NCBI GenBank assembly: GCA_048938105.1
Contig: JBHLMN010000012.1
Location: forward strand, 128,001 to 192,000
Direction of reading: 5' to 3'
Length of the DNA stretch: 64,000 nt
Source: Promethearchaeota archaeon
GTDB taxonomy: Archaea > Asgardarchaeota > Heimdallarchaeia > Hodarchaeales > Hodarchaeaceae
In this document: in pieces, positions 1-10,676 of the stretch
Layout of the letters: every line of letters starts with the position of its first letter
Position numbering within the stretch: the first letter of the stretch is position 1
Program-made: the position numbers and the translations under genes
The notes under the pieces: model-generated
The model's input: the letters and a program-made list of their open reading frames with translations, nothing else
Told to the model about the DNA's origin: nothing
The model's database searches: none

Positions 1-453
1 TCAACTGATTCAACGGCCCCTGAGGTGACAATTCTTTCTCCAACAGATGGAAAAACCTATTCTATCTCAGATTTGCCTATCAAATTACAATATCAAATTA
101 TTGAAGAGTATAATTACTCGTTGACTGTATTTCTGAACAAATTGGACATTGGTTTCAAATTCAATGGGTCAGAGCTTGATGAAATATCAGCTTCTGGTGT
201 ATATACCATTAGAATCGAAGCTGTGGATATTGTAGGATATTTGGGTTATGATGAGGTATCTTTCACGCTTACAGATGATATTTCAATAACCACTACTAGT
301 AGTGGTAGTAGTAGCAGCAGTAGTAGTAGACCATCCACAATCACAACTGGGACTGAAACCACTAATGTAACTACTTATTGGCATCTGGGGTTTTTACAAG
401 TTGTATGTTGTATCCTTTTGACTTCGATTGCCAGAAGGAGACGTTCTCAGTAA
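1..453 (+). CDS. C-terminal part of a cell-surface protein (Ig-like domain, Ser/Thr linker, C-terminal TM anchor with basic tail); 5'-truncated by the window edge
   Basis: Frame is open from base 1 (STDSTAPEVTILSP..., typical Ig-like domain start); TTTSSGSSSSSSSRPSTITTGTETT linker; hydrophobic helix then RRRRSQ. Confidence 0.75.
   Translation, partial: STDSTAPEVTILSPTDGKTYSISDLPIKLQYQIIEEYNYSLTVFLNKLDIGFKFNGSELDEISASGVYTIRIEAVDIVGYLGYDEVSFTLTDDISITTTSSGSSSSSSSRPSTITTGTETTNVTTYWHLGFLQVVCCILLTSIARRRRSQ
298..327 (+). repeat. Coding AGT/AGC trinucleotide run (poly-Ser linker)
   Basis: agt agt ggt agt agt agc agc agt agt agt. Confidence 0.8.
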
Positions 454-1062
454 TTTCCTTAGTATTTCCAATCTAAATGATTTAAAGTCTAAGTACGAAG
501 TTCTAGGGCCTTATTATAATACTTAGGACAGTAGTACTCAATAAGAATCGTAAGATATTAAATGATATCCCAATTAGTGGAGGGAATTTGTCAATTCACT
601 AATAGAGTTCTAGTCTATCTTAAAAATCCTTGATAATTTTCAAAGGAATAATGAATGATTATTATGAACTTATAAAAAATCGACTTTTGGATGTTCGAAT
701 ATTTTGATATTAACCAACAGATAAATCGGTAAGACTTCTGTAAAGAGATTGAAGTTTACTAACAGTGGCCTATAATTCAATCAGATGCAATAGCAACTTC
801 AACATTTTATCTTAGATCTTCCTCATAAAATAACTTTTACTTCCTATATGGGAATTTTGAGAATATATTTTCTAAAACAGAGGAAAATAATTATATAGGG
901 TCAATAAAAATCTTCTAAAGAACCTTATTCTTATTCTAAAAAGTAAAAAAAACGAATAGAACAGTTGAATTTCTCCTTAACCATAAGAGTTTTTGAATTG
1001 GTAACATTAGTTCTTTTTACCTTTTTATTATGTTTAAGGCTCTATTTGTTTAAAATCGAAGT

Positions 1063-1584
1063 GTGAACATGAGCTTTAATAAAAATCGTAATGAATCACA
1101 TAATGTCAATATTAGTGAATTAAAACCCCTGGAAAAGAACTTAAATGTCGTTTTCAAGGTTACAAAAAAAAGAAATGAGCGAACGGTCAGAAATCGTATT
1201 GGAGAAACTCAACGAGTTTGTGATTTCACTATTTCTGATCCAACTGGGAGTGTTACTCTTACTCTTTGGAATGAAGATATTGATGTATTAAAAGAAGATT
1301 CTGTCTATAAGTTGTCGAATGGTTATGCGAATGTCTTCAAAAACTCTCTTCAACTATCTAAAGGTAAATATGGATCCATAGCGGAGGATAGTACAGTTTT
1401 TGAAACAATTAATGAAGAAAATAATCGTTCTGCGGAACGTATTGCTGACCCCCGAAGAGATTCAAATAGAAATCGAGGGAGAGGTAATTCCTCTCAACGT
1501 GGTTTTCGCAATAAACGTTCTTCTAATCGTCATAACAGGGATACTTTTGAAGACCGACCCGTACACCGACGTCACAATTGGTAA
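1063..1584 (+). CDS. Single OB-fold single-stranded DNA-binding protein (crenarchaeal SSB/RPA-like) with Arg/Asn-rich tail
   Basis: ISELKP...NVVFKV, ISDPTGSVTLTLWNE, LSNGYANVFKNSLQL match the OB-fold SSB pattern; disordered basic C-terminus. Confidence 0.85.
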   Translation: MNMSFNKNRNESHNVNISELKPLEKNLNVVFKVTKKRNERTVRNRIGETQRVCDFTISDPTGSVTLTLWNEDIDVLKEDSVYKLSNGYANVFKNSLQLSKGKYGSIAEDSTVFETINEENNRSAERIADPRRDSNRNRGRGNSSQRGFRNKRSSNRHNRDTFEDRPVHRRHNW

Positions 1585-1840
1585 AATTATTCCTAATTAG
1601 CTTATTCCTCGTCCAAACTCGTTGGTGGATTGCAAGGAACGTAAGAGCTTAATAATTATGGACGGAAGAAGAATCGCTATTCTTCCCAATAATCTTCTTG
1701 AATTCATTTTTATACATATCTTCAATTCGATCTTTAAATAGTAAGAATATCTATAATTTTTACTTTTCCTAGTGAGGATTTGCCTCCATCAATATTTTTT
1801 TAATCAGAAGAATAACTCTGTATTTTGTGAGGTAGTAGTA

Positions 1841-2665
1841 TTGTATGTTAACACCCATTTCCATCTAGATGATCCTTGGCTCAAAGGAGACCAAAGACGT
1901 CAAGATGTAATTCAAGATATTGATAGAAATCATATTATTACCTTTGCTCAATCATGTAGTATCCCCTCGTATGAGAAAATTTTATCTTATGCAAATCAAT
2001 CAAAATTTATTTTTCCCTCTTTTGGTATTCTTCCTTGGTATGCTCATGAATACATTGATAGGTTGGATGAAGTAGCAACTCTTTGTGATGGAGCAATGAT
2101 GTTAGGAGAAGTAGGATTAGACAAGAAATATGCTCCAGATAAGGCCTGTATTCCTCATCAACGACCTTTGTTTAGAATATTTTTAGAAGCTGCAGAGAAA
2201 AAGAATATGTTTATGAGTCTCCATTTCCGAGGAACCGAAGAAGAAGGACTTAACCTGCTCAAATCGTATAATATTAAGAAAGCAATCTATCATTCCTATT
2301 CAGGTTCCGTAGAACTGATGAACAAGATCACAGACCAAGGATATTTTTATTCTATAGGACTTTCGAGTTTGTTATTGAATCGTATGAAAGATGACCGAAG
2401 AAAATTCTTTATTGAAAGAGTAAAGAATATTCCTGATGATTTACTTGTAATAGAAATTGATGAATTACCAACTTTAGAATATTTCAAAATGAACTTCGAA
2501 GTAAATTCAACTCTATTTCCTAAGATAATAAAAGCAATAGCAGAAATAAGGAATAGTTCTCCAGAAGAAATTAAATCACTCTGTTACAAAAATGTATTGA
2601 AACTTATAGGTAATGATCCAAGATTGAAAAATATCAGAGAAGTATGTACTAATAATGGAGTTTAG
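1841..2665 (+). CDS. tatD: TatD-family amidohydrolase/DNase
   Basis: THFHLD, GEVGLD, SLH, YHSYSG and EID motifs; start moved from 1772 to in-frame TTG 1841, which follows a GAGGT SD. Confidence 0.8.
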   Translation: MYVNTHFHLDDPWLKGDQRRQDVIQDIDRNHIITFAQSCSIPSYEKILSYANQSKFIFPSFGILPWYAHEYIDRLDEVATLCDGAMMLGEVGLDKKYAPDKACIPHQRPLFRIFLEAAEKKNMFMSLHFRGTEEEGLNLLKSYNIKKAIYHSYSGSVELMNKITDQGYFYSIGLSSLLLNRMKDDRRKFFIERVKNIPDDLLVIEIDELPTLEYFKMNFEVNSTLFPKIIKAIAEIRNSSPEEIKSLCYKNVLKLIGNDPRLKNIREVCTNNGV

Positions 2666-2679
2666 AGAGGAGATCACAT

Positions 2680-3153
2680 ATGACAAAAGATACTAACGAT
2701 CAAATTTGGGGAAAGATTCGATTAATTAGACAGAGTTGGAGAGACCCTAAAAAACTAAATACACTACTCGATGAGTGGGAAAGAAATTTTGGGGATAAAT
2801 ATAATCAGATAGCAGAAGAACTTATAGCAGAACATACATACTCCACTTGGTCGAACCTATCGTCCAAAAAGGGGGACTCATCTTTAGACGGCTTAATCAA
2901 TTATCTATGGGAACAATGGACGGAAGGAGAATATACTATTGAACGAAATGAAACAGAGGTACAAATTTATTGTAGAAAATGTCCAATAGCAGACGCTTAT
3001 CGGTCAATTAACAAAGAAAAGTATGGATTGCTTTTTCATTGCAGTGAGGATCCTTTTATTGTCAAAGGGTTTAATCCCAAAATTAAATTCAAGCGTACAA
3101 AGACGCTTATGGATGCTGATGATTGTTGTGACCATCATTACTCACTAGAATGA
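2680..3153 (+). CDS. L-2-amino-thiazoline-4-carboxylic acid hydrolase-like (ATC hydrolase family) Cys-rich protein
   Basis: CPIA...FHC..D..GFNP.IKFKRTKTLM..DDCCDH family signature. Confidence 0.8.
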   Translation: MTKDTNDQIWGKIRLIRQSWRDPKKLNTLLDEWERNFGDKYNQIAEELIAEHTYSTWSNLSSKKGDSSLDGLINYLWEQWTEGEYTIERNETEVQIYCRKCPIADAYRSINKEKYGLLFHCSEDPFIVKGFNPKIKFKRTKTLMDADDCCDHHYSLE

Positions 3154-3244
3154 AAAACCTGAAAAGACCTTAAGCCCCAGGTTTTCCTATATCAAAAAAG
3201 TCCTTAATGACATAGGATCCTCTTGGTTTATTAAAACCTAAATG

Positions 3245-5698
3245 TCAAAAGTCTCGTACTTTAGTTGCTTCTGATAATTCCATTTTTCTTAACGTACGCA
3301 CTATGCCCAGTTGAGAAGTGATAGCGACGATAAGTGCAAGACCACTAAATAATAGTGCTGTAGAGAGTTGTATTTTGGTTTTAATGACATAAAGAGTATA
3401 AGCTGCTTGAAACGCAGGTATAAGCATTAGTTCTAACACCAACCATCCGAAAAAATTGCCTAGTAATATTCCAATTATACTCAGAAAGATCGCTTCCCAA
3501 ATAGATATTCGGAGAATACTCATGTCTGATGCTCCTAGCGTCATCATTGTTCCATGTTCACGTTCACGTTCCGAACTATTAATCATAGCAGTTAGTAAAA
3601 TTAATCCAAAGCATAATGATAGGGTTAAACCCTCCAATATTTGCATTAATCCCTGAAACATTTCTAATACATCCTCTAAATCACGTGTTAAATCTTCACG
3701 CAACTCAACAATCCGAACAAACGAAAATGAATAGAGATACTCACGAAACTTAGAGAGATTAACATCAGAAGTAAGTCTTATGAGAAGTTGATTTGCTGAT
3801 CCAGTAAGATTGAACATGTTTTGAATTTTCTTCCATGGTACCAATACCTCTAGTTTAGAAACTCTGTTATGCCAGAATCCTACTTTTAATGACGTTTGGA
3901 TAACTGTTGCACCAGTTGTTGGATCGAAAGCGAAATGCTTAAATGTAACTTTTTCTCCTATTTCTATTCCTAATTCATCTGCTAATTTTTTTGACATTGC
4001 AATGCTTGTCATATTTTGCTGTAATGTTCCATTCACAATTTTTTGTGGAATTAACTTGCCACTATATCCTTTCAACTCAATCACTTTGGTATTATTATCA
4101 CCTTTTCCTTGTATTTCGGCAAAATACGCCAAACCATAATTAATATCCGCAATACGGGTATCATTTACAAAGGGTACCAGGGTATTGTTTACAGGAACAT
4201 TAAAAGTAACTCGTATATCCCATTCTCCTAAATCTTCCCTGTAACTGTCTTTGAGAAAAATAAAACTGTCATAAGCTCCTAAATATGCAATGACCAGAGC
4301 TAAACTTAATGAAATTCCCAAAATTGTTGCAATTGTACGTTTTCTATTACGAAAGATATTTCGTGCAGCAATTCGTGATGAGAGAGAAAAGCTTACAATT
4401 TTCGCTAGAATTTTTTCAATAAATTTTGGATTTTTATAGCTTGAACCTCCTAGAGCTGGATCTTGTCTTAAAGCGTCGATTGGAATCATTTTTGCTCCAT
4501 TTCGGGCAGGCCAAAAGGAAGCCAGAAAAGAACATGAGAAGCTAAGTATTATCGCCTGTAACAATCGATCCCAGAGAATTGGCTTTTTTAAATTGGGAAC
4601 TGACATATATGCCATATATAGTTCTATTGTGGCTTCTCCAATGAAGTTTCCTATTATTAAGCCTATAATTATTCCTAAAAAGGCGATCATCAAACCATAG
4701 AAAATATAGTAAAAGAGGATGGATCGTTCATTTGTACCGAGTGAAAGTTCGATTCCAATGTCACGCCTCTGTTGTGTAATCATTCGATTTATTGAGATCC
4801 ATAATGCGAACAATGCGATGAAAATTATTAGTAAAGCAATGACTGTCATTAGATCAATATCATCTGTATTTTGTTGCTCTAAAGTTTTGATCAGAGGAGT
4901 TTCTTTTCGCCTTTGGTAACTACAGGGATATCCTTCTTCTTCTAAAAATTGTTTTAAAGATTGGCCTATTGATTCATCATTCATAGACTGTTTAACACGA
5001 AAAACAATTTCATTTATTGAGTCATCTAACCCAGACCATGCTTGAAGGTCTTGTATCAAAGTATAACCTATTCCAAATTGAACACTTGCTGAAAAAGCAG
5101 TACTTTCTGGATCAAAGATTACGACCCACTCAGGTGATATAACCGTTCCTTCAAGTTTTACTTTTTGAATCAAACTTGAAAATCTAATGTTTAGATTATC
5201 AAGATTTTGAAGAGAGTAAGTTTGACAAAAAGTGCTTTCTAGTAAAACATATGATTTATTAATATCATTTACAGTAAGAAATCTGCCTTCATCCAACGCT
5301 AATCGATCTACATCACTTGTACTGAAAAAGTCTGCCTGAAGTCCGTACAAATATCCTCTAATTACAATAAGACCCTCCGAACTGTTGAATTCATATGCTA
5401 TTGAACATTTTAACCTTACATCCCAAGCTTTAATCTCATTTAACCTGGGAAAACGGGCCATGGTATCAATAATATCAGAATAATTGACTTCATATTCTTG
5501 AGGAAAAGCTATAATCCCATCATCAAGGGAATAGTCATCCATAAATTGATTAACACTATCAATTCGCCATTGTACACCTGAGAATAACCCCCAAAAAGCC
5601 CCTGTTCCTATCCCCAATATTATTGTAACAATGCATACCTGTATCCATCTTTTTCGTAGATCACGGGTAATTCTTGTCCATAATAATCTATTAACCAT
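3245..5698 (-). CDS. FtsX/MacB-type ABC transporter permease (two repeats)
   Basis: QQRRDIGIELSLG and EREREHGTMMTLGAS FtsX motifs; large extracytoplasmic loops. Confidence 0.9.
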   Translation of the reverse strand: MVNRLLWTRITRDLRKRWIQVCIVTIILGIGTGAFWGLFSGVQWRIDSVNQFMDDYSLDDGIIAFPQEYEVNYSDIIDTMARFPRLNEIKAWDVRLKCSIAYEFNSSEGLIVIRGYLYGLQADFFSTSDVDRLALDEGRFLTVNDINKSYVLLESTFCQTYSLQNLDNLNIRFSSLIQKVKLEGTVISPEWVVIFDPESTAFSASVQFGIGYTLIQDLQAWSGLDDSINEIVFRVKQSMNDESIGQSLKQFLEEEGYPCSYQRRKETPLIKTLEQQNTDDIDLMTVIALLIIFIALFALWISINRMITQQRRDIGIELSLGTNERSILFYYIFYGLMIAFLGIIIGLIIGNFIGEATIELYMAYMSVPNLKKPILWDRLLQAIILSFSCSFLASFWPARNGAKMIPIDALRQDPALGGSSYKNPKFIEKILAKIVSFSLSSRIAARNIFRNRKRTIATILGISLSLALVIAYLGAYDSFIFLKDSYREDLGEWDIRVTFNVPVNNTLVPFVNDTRIADINYGLAYFAEIQGKGDNNTKVIELKGYSGKLIPQKIVNGTLQQNMTSIAMSKKLADELGIEIGEKVTFKHFAFDPTTGATVIQTSLKVGFWHNRVSKLEVLVPWKKIQNMFNLTGSANQLLIRLTSDVNLSKFREYLYSFSFVRIVELREDLTRDLEDVLEMFQGLMQILEGLTLSLCFGLILLTAMINSSEREREHGTMMTLGASDMSILRISIWEAIFLSIIGILLGNFFGWLVLELMLIPAFQAAYTLYVIKTKIQLSTALLFSGLALIVAITSQLGIVRTLRKMELSEATKVRDF

Positions 5699-5701
5699 AT
5701 T

Positions 5702-6439
5702 CTACCACCGTAACTCTTCTGGATCGATTGGTGATGGGTTTTTGCTGTCAGATATTACTTTTCCACTTCGTAAGCGAATTACTCGATCCGCAATTTTCGC
5801 AATATCAGCATTATGTGTAACAATCAGAATTGTTCTCTTTTTATTACCATTTATTGCAGCTGATACCAACAATTTCAGTATTTGGATACCAGTTTCATAA
5901 TCTAGTTCTCCTGTGGGCTCATCGGCCAAAATTAAGTCTGTTTGCTTCGCTAAAGCGCGTGCAATAGCCACACGTTGTTGTTCTCCTCCTGATAGCTCGC
6001 TGGGAAAATGATTGACTCGTTCTTCTAATCCTACCTCTTTTAAAACTTCACGAGCTCTGTGTTGGGCGTTTTTCTTCTTCTGAAGAAGAATAGCATATTC
6101 GACATTTTCTAATGCTGTTAATGTAGGTAAAAGATTGAAAAATTGAAATATAAATCCTACATGCTGCCGACGAAATGCCGCAAGGGCATGACGATTAGCT
6201 TTTGTTAAATTATAGCCAAGAACATTTACCTGACCTTTAGAAGGGACATCAATAGCACCAATCATATTTAAAAGAGTTGTTTTTCCAGAGCCCGAAGGCC
6301 CCAGAATAACAATTAGTTCACCTTGATGGATTGTTAATGTTACATCAATCAACGCATTAACGTCAATTTCTCCAACCTTATAATTCTTTGATATCCCTTT
6401 TAAGTTGATAACAGAATGATTATGAATAATTTCCGACAT
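5702..6439 (-). CDS. LolD/MacB-type ABC transporter ATP-binding protein
   Basis: [33 protein letters not shown]. Confidence 0.95.
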   Translation of the reverse strand: MSEIIHNHSVINLKGISKNYKVGEIDVNALIDVTLTIHQGELIVILGPSGSGKTTLLNMIGAIDVPSKGQVNVLGYNLTKANRHALAAFRRQHVGFIFQFFNLLPTLTALENVEYAILLQKKKNAQHRAREVLKEVGLEERVNHFPSELSGGEQQRVAIARALAKQTDLILADEPTGELDYETGIQILKLLVSAAINGNKKRTILIVTHNADIAKIADRVIRLRSGKVISDSKNPSPIDPEELRW

Positions 6440-6534
6440 TGCTTGTCAACACAGTTTATTTTGAAATAATAATGTTGTTTGAGACTTATTAAGTAATATA
6501 CTTCAGCACAAGACGTTTGACTTATAAATTTCAG

Positions 6535-6575
6535 TGTACAGCAGATTTAAAAGAGGATAATGCGTACATTGTACA
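6535..6575. promoter_or_regulatory. Candidate operator: three GTACA boxes around a TATA-like element in the divergent ABC/RHH promoter
   Basis: TGTACA 6535-6540, TTTAAAA 6546-6552, GTACA-T-TGTAC(A) 6564-6575. Confidence 0.4.
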
Positions 6576-6596
6576 CGATGTTTTATTTTATGGAGA

Positions 6597-6791
6597 GTGA
6601 ACCTCATAACAAGGACTCAATCTTTAACAATTCGTCTACCATATGAAACTGTAAAGGAAATAAAAAAATATTCGGAATTCTTGCGATTAAAACCAACTAG
6701 GTTGTGTTCTATGGTACTCCAAGACTCATTAAAAGATTGGGTAAAGAATTATGCTAAAGAGATATATGAAGGAGTTGATGAGATAGTATGA
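6597..6791 (+). CDS. Small ribbon-helix-helix-like DNA-binding protein
   Basis: TQSLTIRLP beta strand followed by two amphipathic helices; GGAG SD; ATGA overlap with the next gene. Confidence 0.6.
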   Translation: MNLITRTQSLTIRLPYETVKEIKKYSEFLRLKPTRLCSMVLQDSLKDWVKNYAKEIYEGVDEIV

Positions 6792-7534
6792 CTTCAATAT
6801 TAGGCATAATAATGATTCTTGTATTTTATTTTTGGGCGATTATTCTTCTAATATCAACTCGAAAATTCATTCAATTTTGGTTTGAAACTCGTGAGGAATC
6901 TTTCTTACATCTTATGTTGATTACGGTTTACCCAGCATTTTTACTTGGTATAATGGCCAGTTATTATATAATATTAACTATAATTACTCCTGGGGAAGAT
7001 ATAAAAATCCCTACACTGCTAGGAAGTGCATTTACGTATGGATTTTTTTTAGAATTCTCCTTCTTTTATCTATCCTTATTTAACAATAGTAGACGCTATT
7101 TTGAAAAATATATCCCAGTTTTATTCGGATTTACCCTGTTGTTATCTATTTTAGAAATTATCATAAATGAAGAGCTTTATTCAATAGATTTATTAGACAA
7201 TACACTATTTTTGGTATCGTTAATTATGATGGTTTATCTATGCGTCCGTATTTATGGTAATTTGCGACAGAATAAACAGTTTTTTGATGATCAAGAAAAA
7301 GAATTCATAGATTTGTTAGAAAAAATCACGCTTATCTTTTTATTCATATCTATTTTTGACGGATTAGTGCATGCAATTATGTCTCTTCAAATAAATTACT
7401 TTGATGAAGCCTACATGATTATTGCGATTATTTCATTGGGTTTATTAGGTTTAATCTTTTTATATTGTAAGAGACTTGTTGAGGAACGCACCAAGAATAT
7501 TGACTGGATAGCTTTCTTTAATAATATCTCCTAA
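6788..7534 (+). CDS. Polytopic (~7 TM) membrane protein of unknown function
   Basis: About seven hydrophobic segments; translationally coupled to the RHH gene. Confidence 0.7.
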   Translation: MTSILGIIMILVFYFWAIILLISTRKFIQFWFETREESFLHLMLITVYPAFLLGIMASYYIILTIITPGEDIKIPTLLGSAFTYGFFLEFSFFYLSLFNNSRRYFEKYIPVLFGFTLLLSILEIIINEELYSIDLLDNTLFLVSLIMMVYLCVRIYGNLRQNKQFFDDQEKEFIDLLEKITLIFLFISIFDGLVHAIMSLQINYFDEAYMIIAIISLGLLGLIFLYCKRLVEERTKNIDWIAFFNNIS

Positions 7535-7577
7535 GTATGTGTTGAACTCTCATATATTCGAAGTGTGGAGAAAAAAA

Positions 7578-8060
7578 ATGTCTTATACACAATCCCCTCA
7601 TCTAACTGATGAAGAAATTGAACTATTTCTAAAGGAACCTCATGTTGCTCGGATTTGTACTTTCAATAAAGATGGTACAATTCATGCTGTTCCTGTTTGG
7701 TTTAAATATGAAAAAGGACTATTTACTATCGCTTCTCCCGAGAAAAGTCGTAAAACGAGAAATATGTTAAGAAATAATAATCTAACGTTATTAATCGATG
7801 TTGCAGGGCCACCGACAAGAGGGGTGATAGTATATGGTAAAGCAGAAGTTGATTTTACTGAATGGGATTCAGAGGCTCTCTCTTTACTTGAAAAGTATCT
7901 GCCAAAGGAGGATGCTAAAAAATCTCTTAATGGGTTGAATAAACTTACGAAATGGGTAAAAATCTCCATTTCGCCTACTCATATGGCGTCTTTCGATTAT
8001 GGAAAAGATGAAAAATATTGGAACGCAGTAAGTTATAGTGCAGGAGCTGGTCAACAGTAA
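7578..8060 (+). CDS. Pyridoxamine 5'-phosphate oxidase-like FMN/F420-binding protein
   Basis: ARICTFNKDGTIHAVPVWF...SRKTRN split-barrel pattern; ATG 7578 after GGAG preferred over 7539. Confidence 0.85.
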   Translation: MSYTQSPHLTDEEIELFLKEPHVARICTFNKDGTIHAVPVWFKYEKGLFTIASPEKSRKTRNMLRNNNLTLLIDVAGPPTRGVIVYGKAEVDFTEWDSEALSLLEKYLPKEDAKKSLNGLNKLTKWVKISISPTHMASFDYGKDEKYWNAVSYSAGAGQQ

Positions 8061-8319
8061 TTTAGGATTTAATCGAATAAAGTATGATATTTACATTAAA
8101 ATTCTTGCACGAATACTATTTCCAACGGTTATCAATCACGACAGATTCCCAAGATAATAAAATATCTGTGTTGTATTACAGGGAATTGAAACAATAGAAG
8201 ATAAATTAAGATAAATGCTATTTGAAGAAATATTAAATCGAAAATTATAATCTGAATCAACAACTTAATCCTTACTATTAAGTAAAACAGCAAAAAGCAG
8301 ATAGAGGAGCAAACTGCCA

Positions 8320-9000
8320 TTGTGGAAACAAAATGTCGTGAAAAGGAAATTTATAGGAATTCCAGTCCTGTTAATTTACATAAATTTAATTTTAATTCTT
8401 TGGCCACAGTCATACGATAAAGCCACTGTGCTGAATTTGCTAGCAATCTTGTTATTCAGCGTATTTATTGGTGGAGATGTATTATTTCGACCGCTTTGGG
8501 TTGGTAAAGAAAAAGACCAGTTTAGAAAAAGTACCCTCTTTATTTTTCTATTATTCTTTATAGTCCCATTTCTCCTATATTTTCCCTATATTGAGTACCA
8601 AGCATTCCTTCAGCAATTCATTCCATCCCCGATCGTTTTAGTGATGGGAATAATTGGTAATCTCGTGTTGATTTTTGGAGGGATTCTAATGATTTGGAGT
8701 AGGCTTCTCCTTGGACCATATGGGACACCCAAGATCGTAATTAAAGACCATCATCAATTAATTACTCATGGAGTTTATCGATATATCCGTCATCCTCTCT
8801 ATTTAGGTTATATTCTATTGTTATTTGGGTATACTTTTGCTTTTGGAAGTCTTTTCTCTTCCTGCCTCATCATTGGTTTCATGCTTCCTTTAACTAAAAG
8901 TAGAATGGATTTAGAAGAAAAATTACTCCTAGCTAATTTAGGAGAGAAATATAACAACTACATGAGACAGACAAAACGGTTAATTCCTAAGATTTATTAA
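8320..9000 (+). CDS. Isoprenylcysteine carboxyl methyltransferase (ICMT/PEMT) family membrane protein
   Basis: LITHGVYRYIRHPLYLG, EEKLL, Y..Y...TKRLIP. Confidence 0.9.
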   Translation: MWKQNVVKRKFIGIPVLLIYINLILILWPQSYDKATVLNLLAILLFSVFIGGDVLFRPLWVGKEKDQFRKSTLFIFLLFFIVPFLLYFPYIEYQAFLQQFIPSPIVLVMGIIGNLVLIFGGILMIWSRLLLGPYGTPKIVIKDHHQLITHGVYRYIRHPLYLGYILLLFGYTFAFGSLFSSCLIIGFMLPLTKSRMDLEEKLLLANLGEKYNNYMRQTKRLIPKIY

Positions 9001-9040
9001 AAATGTTTTTTTTAATGCTAACCAGAGAATCTGAATATAT

Positions 9041-9868
9041 TTATTCAAATCTAAAATGAACAATGCGTGACATTTTTCTGATAAATGGAATAAACCTTAA
9101 TATTTTGAATATTCCCACACGTGCTTCTTTATCATTAAAAAAAGACCACTCACTAACCAGTCGGAGATTCGGAGCCCATTTCTCAATGTCGTGAAGATTA
9201 TTTACCCCCCATTTAAATTCTGCTTGAAATTCTTTAAGACCAACATTTTTATTTGCTTCTTTAACCATGAAATTAGTGTACACATCAAAAATAATTTCTG
9301 CATTTGGAAATGAAATAGATAGTTTTTGGAAAAGAGATTGGACATCAGTTTTTGGTAAGTACATTAGAACTGCTTCAGCAATAAAAAGAACTGGACATTC
9401 AACTTTTGATGCCAGGGCTAGTATTTGCGGAATCCATGAATAATCAAGAATTGAACAACCAACAAATGGATTTCTTAGTGTTTCAGATAGGAGTTTTCTT
9501 CTAACAATAATAACTTCTGGAAGATCAATATCAATAAAGGTAAGAAGACCATTATCGAGCCGATCAAAACGTGTGTCTAATCCTGATCCCAAACTAATAA
9601 CAATACCATTTGGATATTTTTCAAGATAACTACGAATTCGATTATCAAAATAACGCCCTCGAAGGGCATGACCGATAATCGCGGGTTTTTCTAAAGATTT
9701 TTGGAGAGTAAGAAAGTCGAAATCCAACTTTTCTAGGAGTTCTATGGCTTTTTTATCGTTTAAAATAGGCTTTGGTGACTTTGCATCTAATGTTCGAGAG
9801 AGCAATGGGAAGAATAATGTATTTTCAACTCTTGTAAGTTTTTCTACTTTAATTGCCTCATTTCGCAT
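9041..9868 (-). CDS. Class I SAM-dependent O-methyltransferase (LCM/TcmP-like)
   Basis: SLGSGLDTRFDRL, DIDLPEVI, FIAEAVLMYL. Confidence 0.9.
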   Translation of the reverse strand: MRNEAIKVEKLTRVENTLFFPLLSRTLDAKSPKPILNDKKAIELLEKLDFDFLTLQKSLEKPAIIGHALRGRYFDNRIRSYLEKYPNGIVISLGSGLDTRFDRLDNGLLTFIDIDLPEVIIVRRKLLSETLRNPFVGCSILDYSWIPQILALASKVECPVLFIAEAVLMYLPKTDVQSLFQKLSISFPNAEIIFDVYTNFMVKEANKNVGLKEFQAEFKWGVNNLHDIEKWAPNLRLVSEWSFFNDKEARVGIFKILRFIPFIRKMSRIVHFRFE

Positions 9869-10192
9869 AATTTTTAAAGTAAAATAATGAAATAAATAGT
9901 TTTTGTTTGAGTTATAAGTTTTACATTGTGAATATTATTAGTAATACAATAAAAAAGATCCAGGGATAGTTAAAAATCACTCTAAATATCGTGGATGTAT
10001 CCCCTTAAATTAGTCTCCGATTTAAGAAAATAAAAAGCTCTTTGACTTTTACTAATCAATATTGATTGCCTCTGAAAATTCTTAAAATAGTCTTGATTAG
10101 GTTAGACATTGCATAAACCTAAATCCAAATAAAGCGAACAAAAAAGAAAAAAGTAGTTCCAACTTTCATAAAAAGATAAGGAACGAGGGGTT

Positions 10193-10645
10193 ATGATAAC
10201 GCTAATAGATTCAATAGACGTGAAAACAACGCCCGGAAAATTGTTTGATGGCTTGATTAAAGTTTTTTCTTCCAAAGAGAATTATATACAATGGCATAAA
10301 GACCATGTTAAATGTAGTTGGATTAAAGGTCAGCCATTCGAGTTGGGATCAATACTCTATTGTGAGGAATATTTGCATGGCGAATTACATAAGATGAAAT
10401 TTTTAACCACAAAAAAAGAGCCAAATAGAATAATAGAATATAAACTTCTGTTTCCAATGTCAATTATTTGTCCTAAAGGTTCTTTTATCATAGAACCAAA
10501 GGACGGGAGTTCAATCTTTACGGCGACACTTTCTTTTCGGTTCGGTTGGTTCTTCCAAAAATTTGCTAAGAGGAGAGTCGAGGCTATTACAATGCATATG
10601 AAGGAAGAAGGAGAAAATCTTAGAAAAATCTTAGAAAATCAATAA
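10193..10645 (+). CDS. SRPBCC (START-like) ligand-binding protein
   Basis: Y..WH.DH motif and C-terminal helix HMKEEGENLRKILE. Confidence 0.75.
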   Translation: MITLIDSIDVKTTPGKLFDGLIKVFSSKENYIQWHKDHVKCSWIKGQPFELGSILYCEEYLHGELHKMKFLTTKKEPNRIIEYKLLFPMSIICPKGSFIIEPKDGSSIFTATLSFRFGWFFQKFAKRRVEAITMHMKEEGENLRKILENQ

Positions 10646-10676
10646 GCTTATAATTCAGAGAATTTAAATTGACTTT

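Noticed and set aside
454-1062. 600-bp ORF-free gap as an ncRNA locus
   Set aside because: AT-rich, with no GC-rich stems or tRNA/sRNA signature that I could support.
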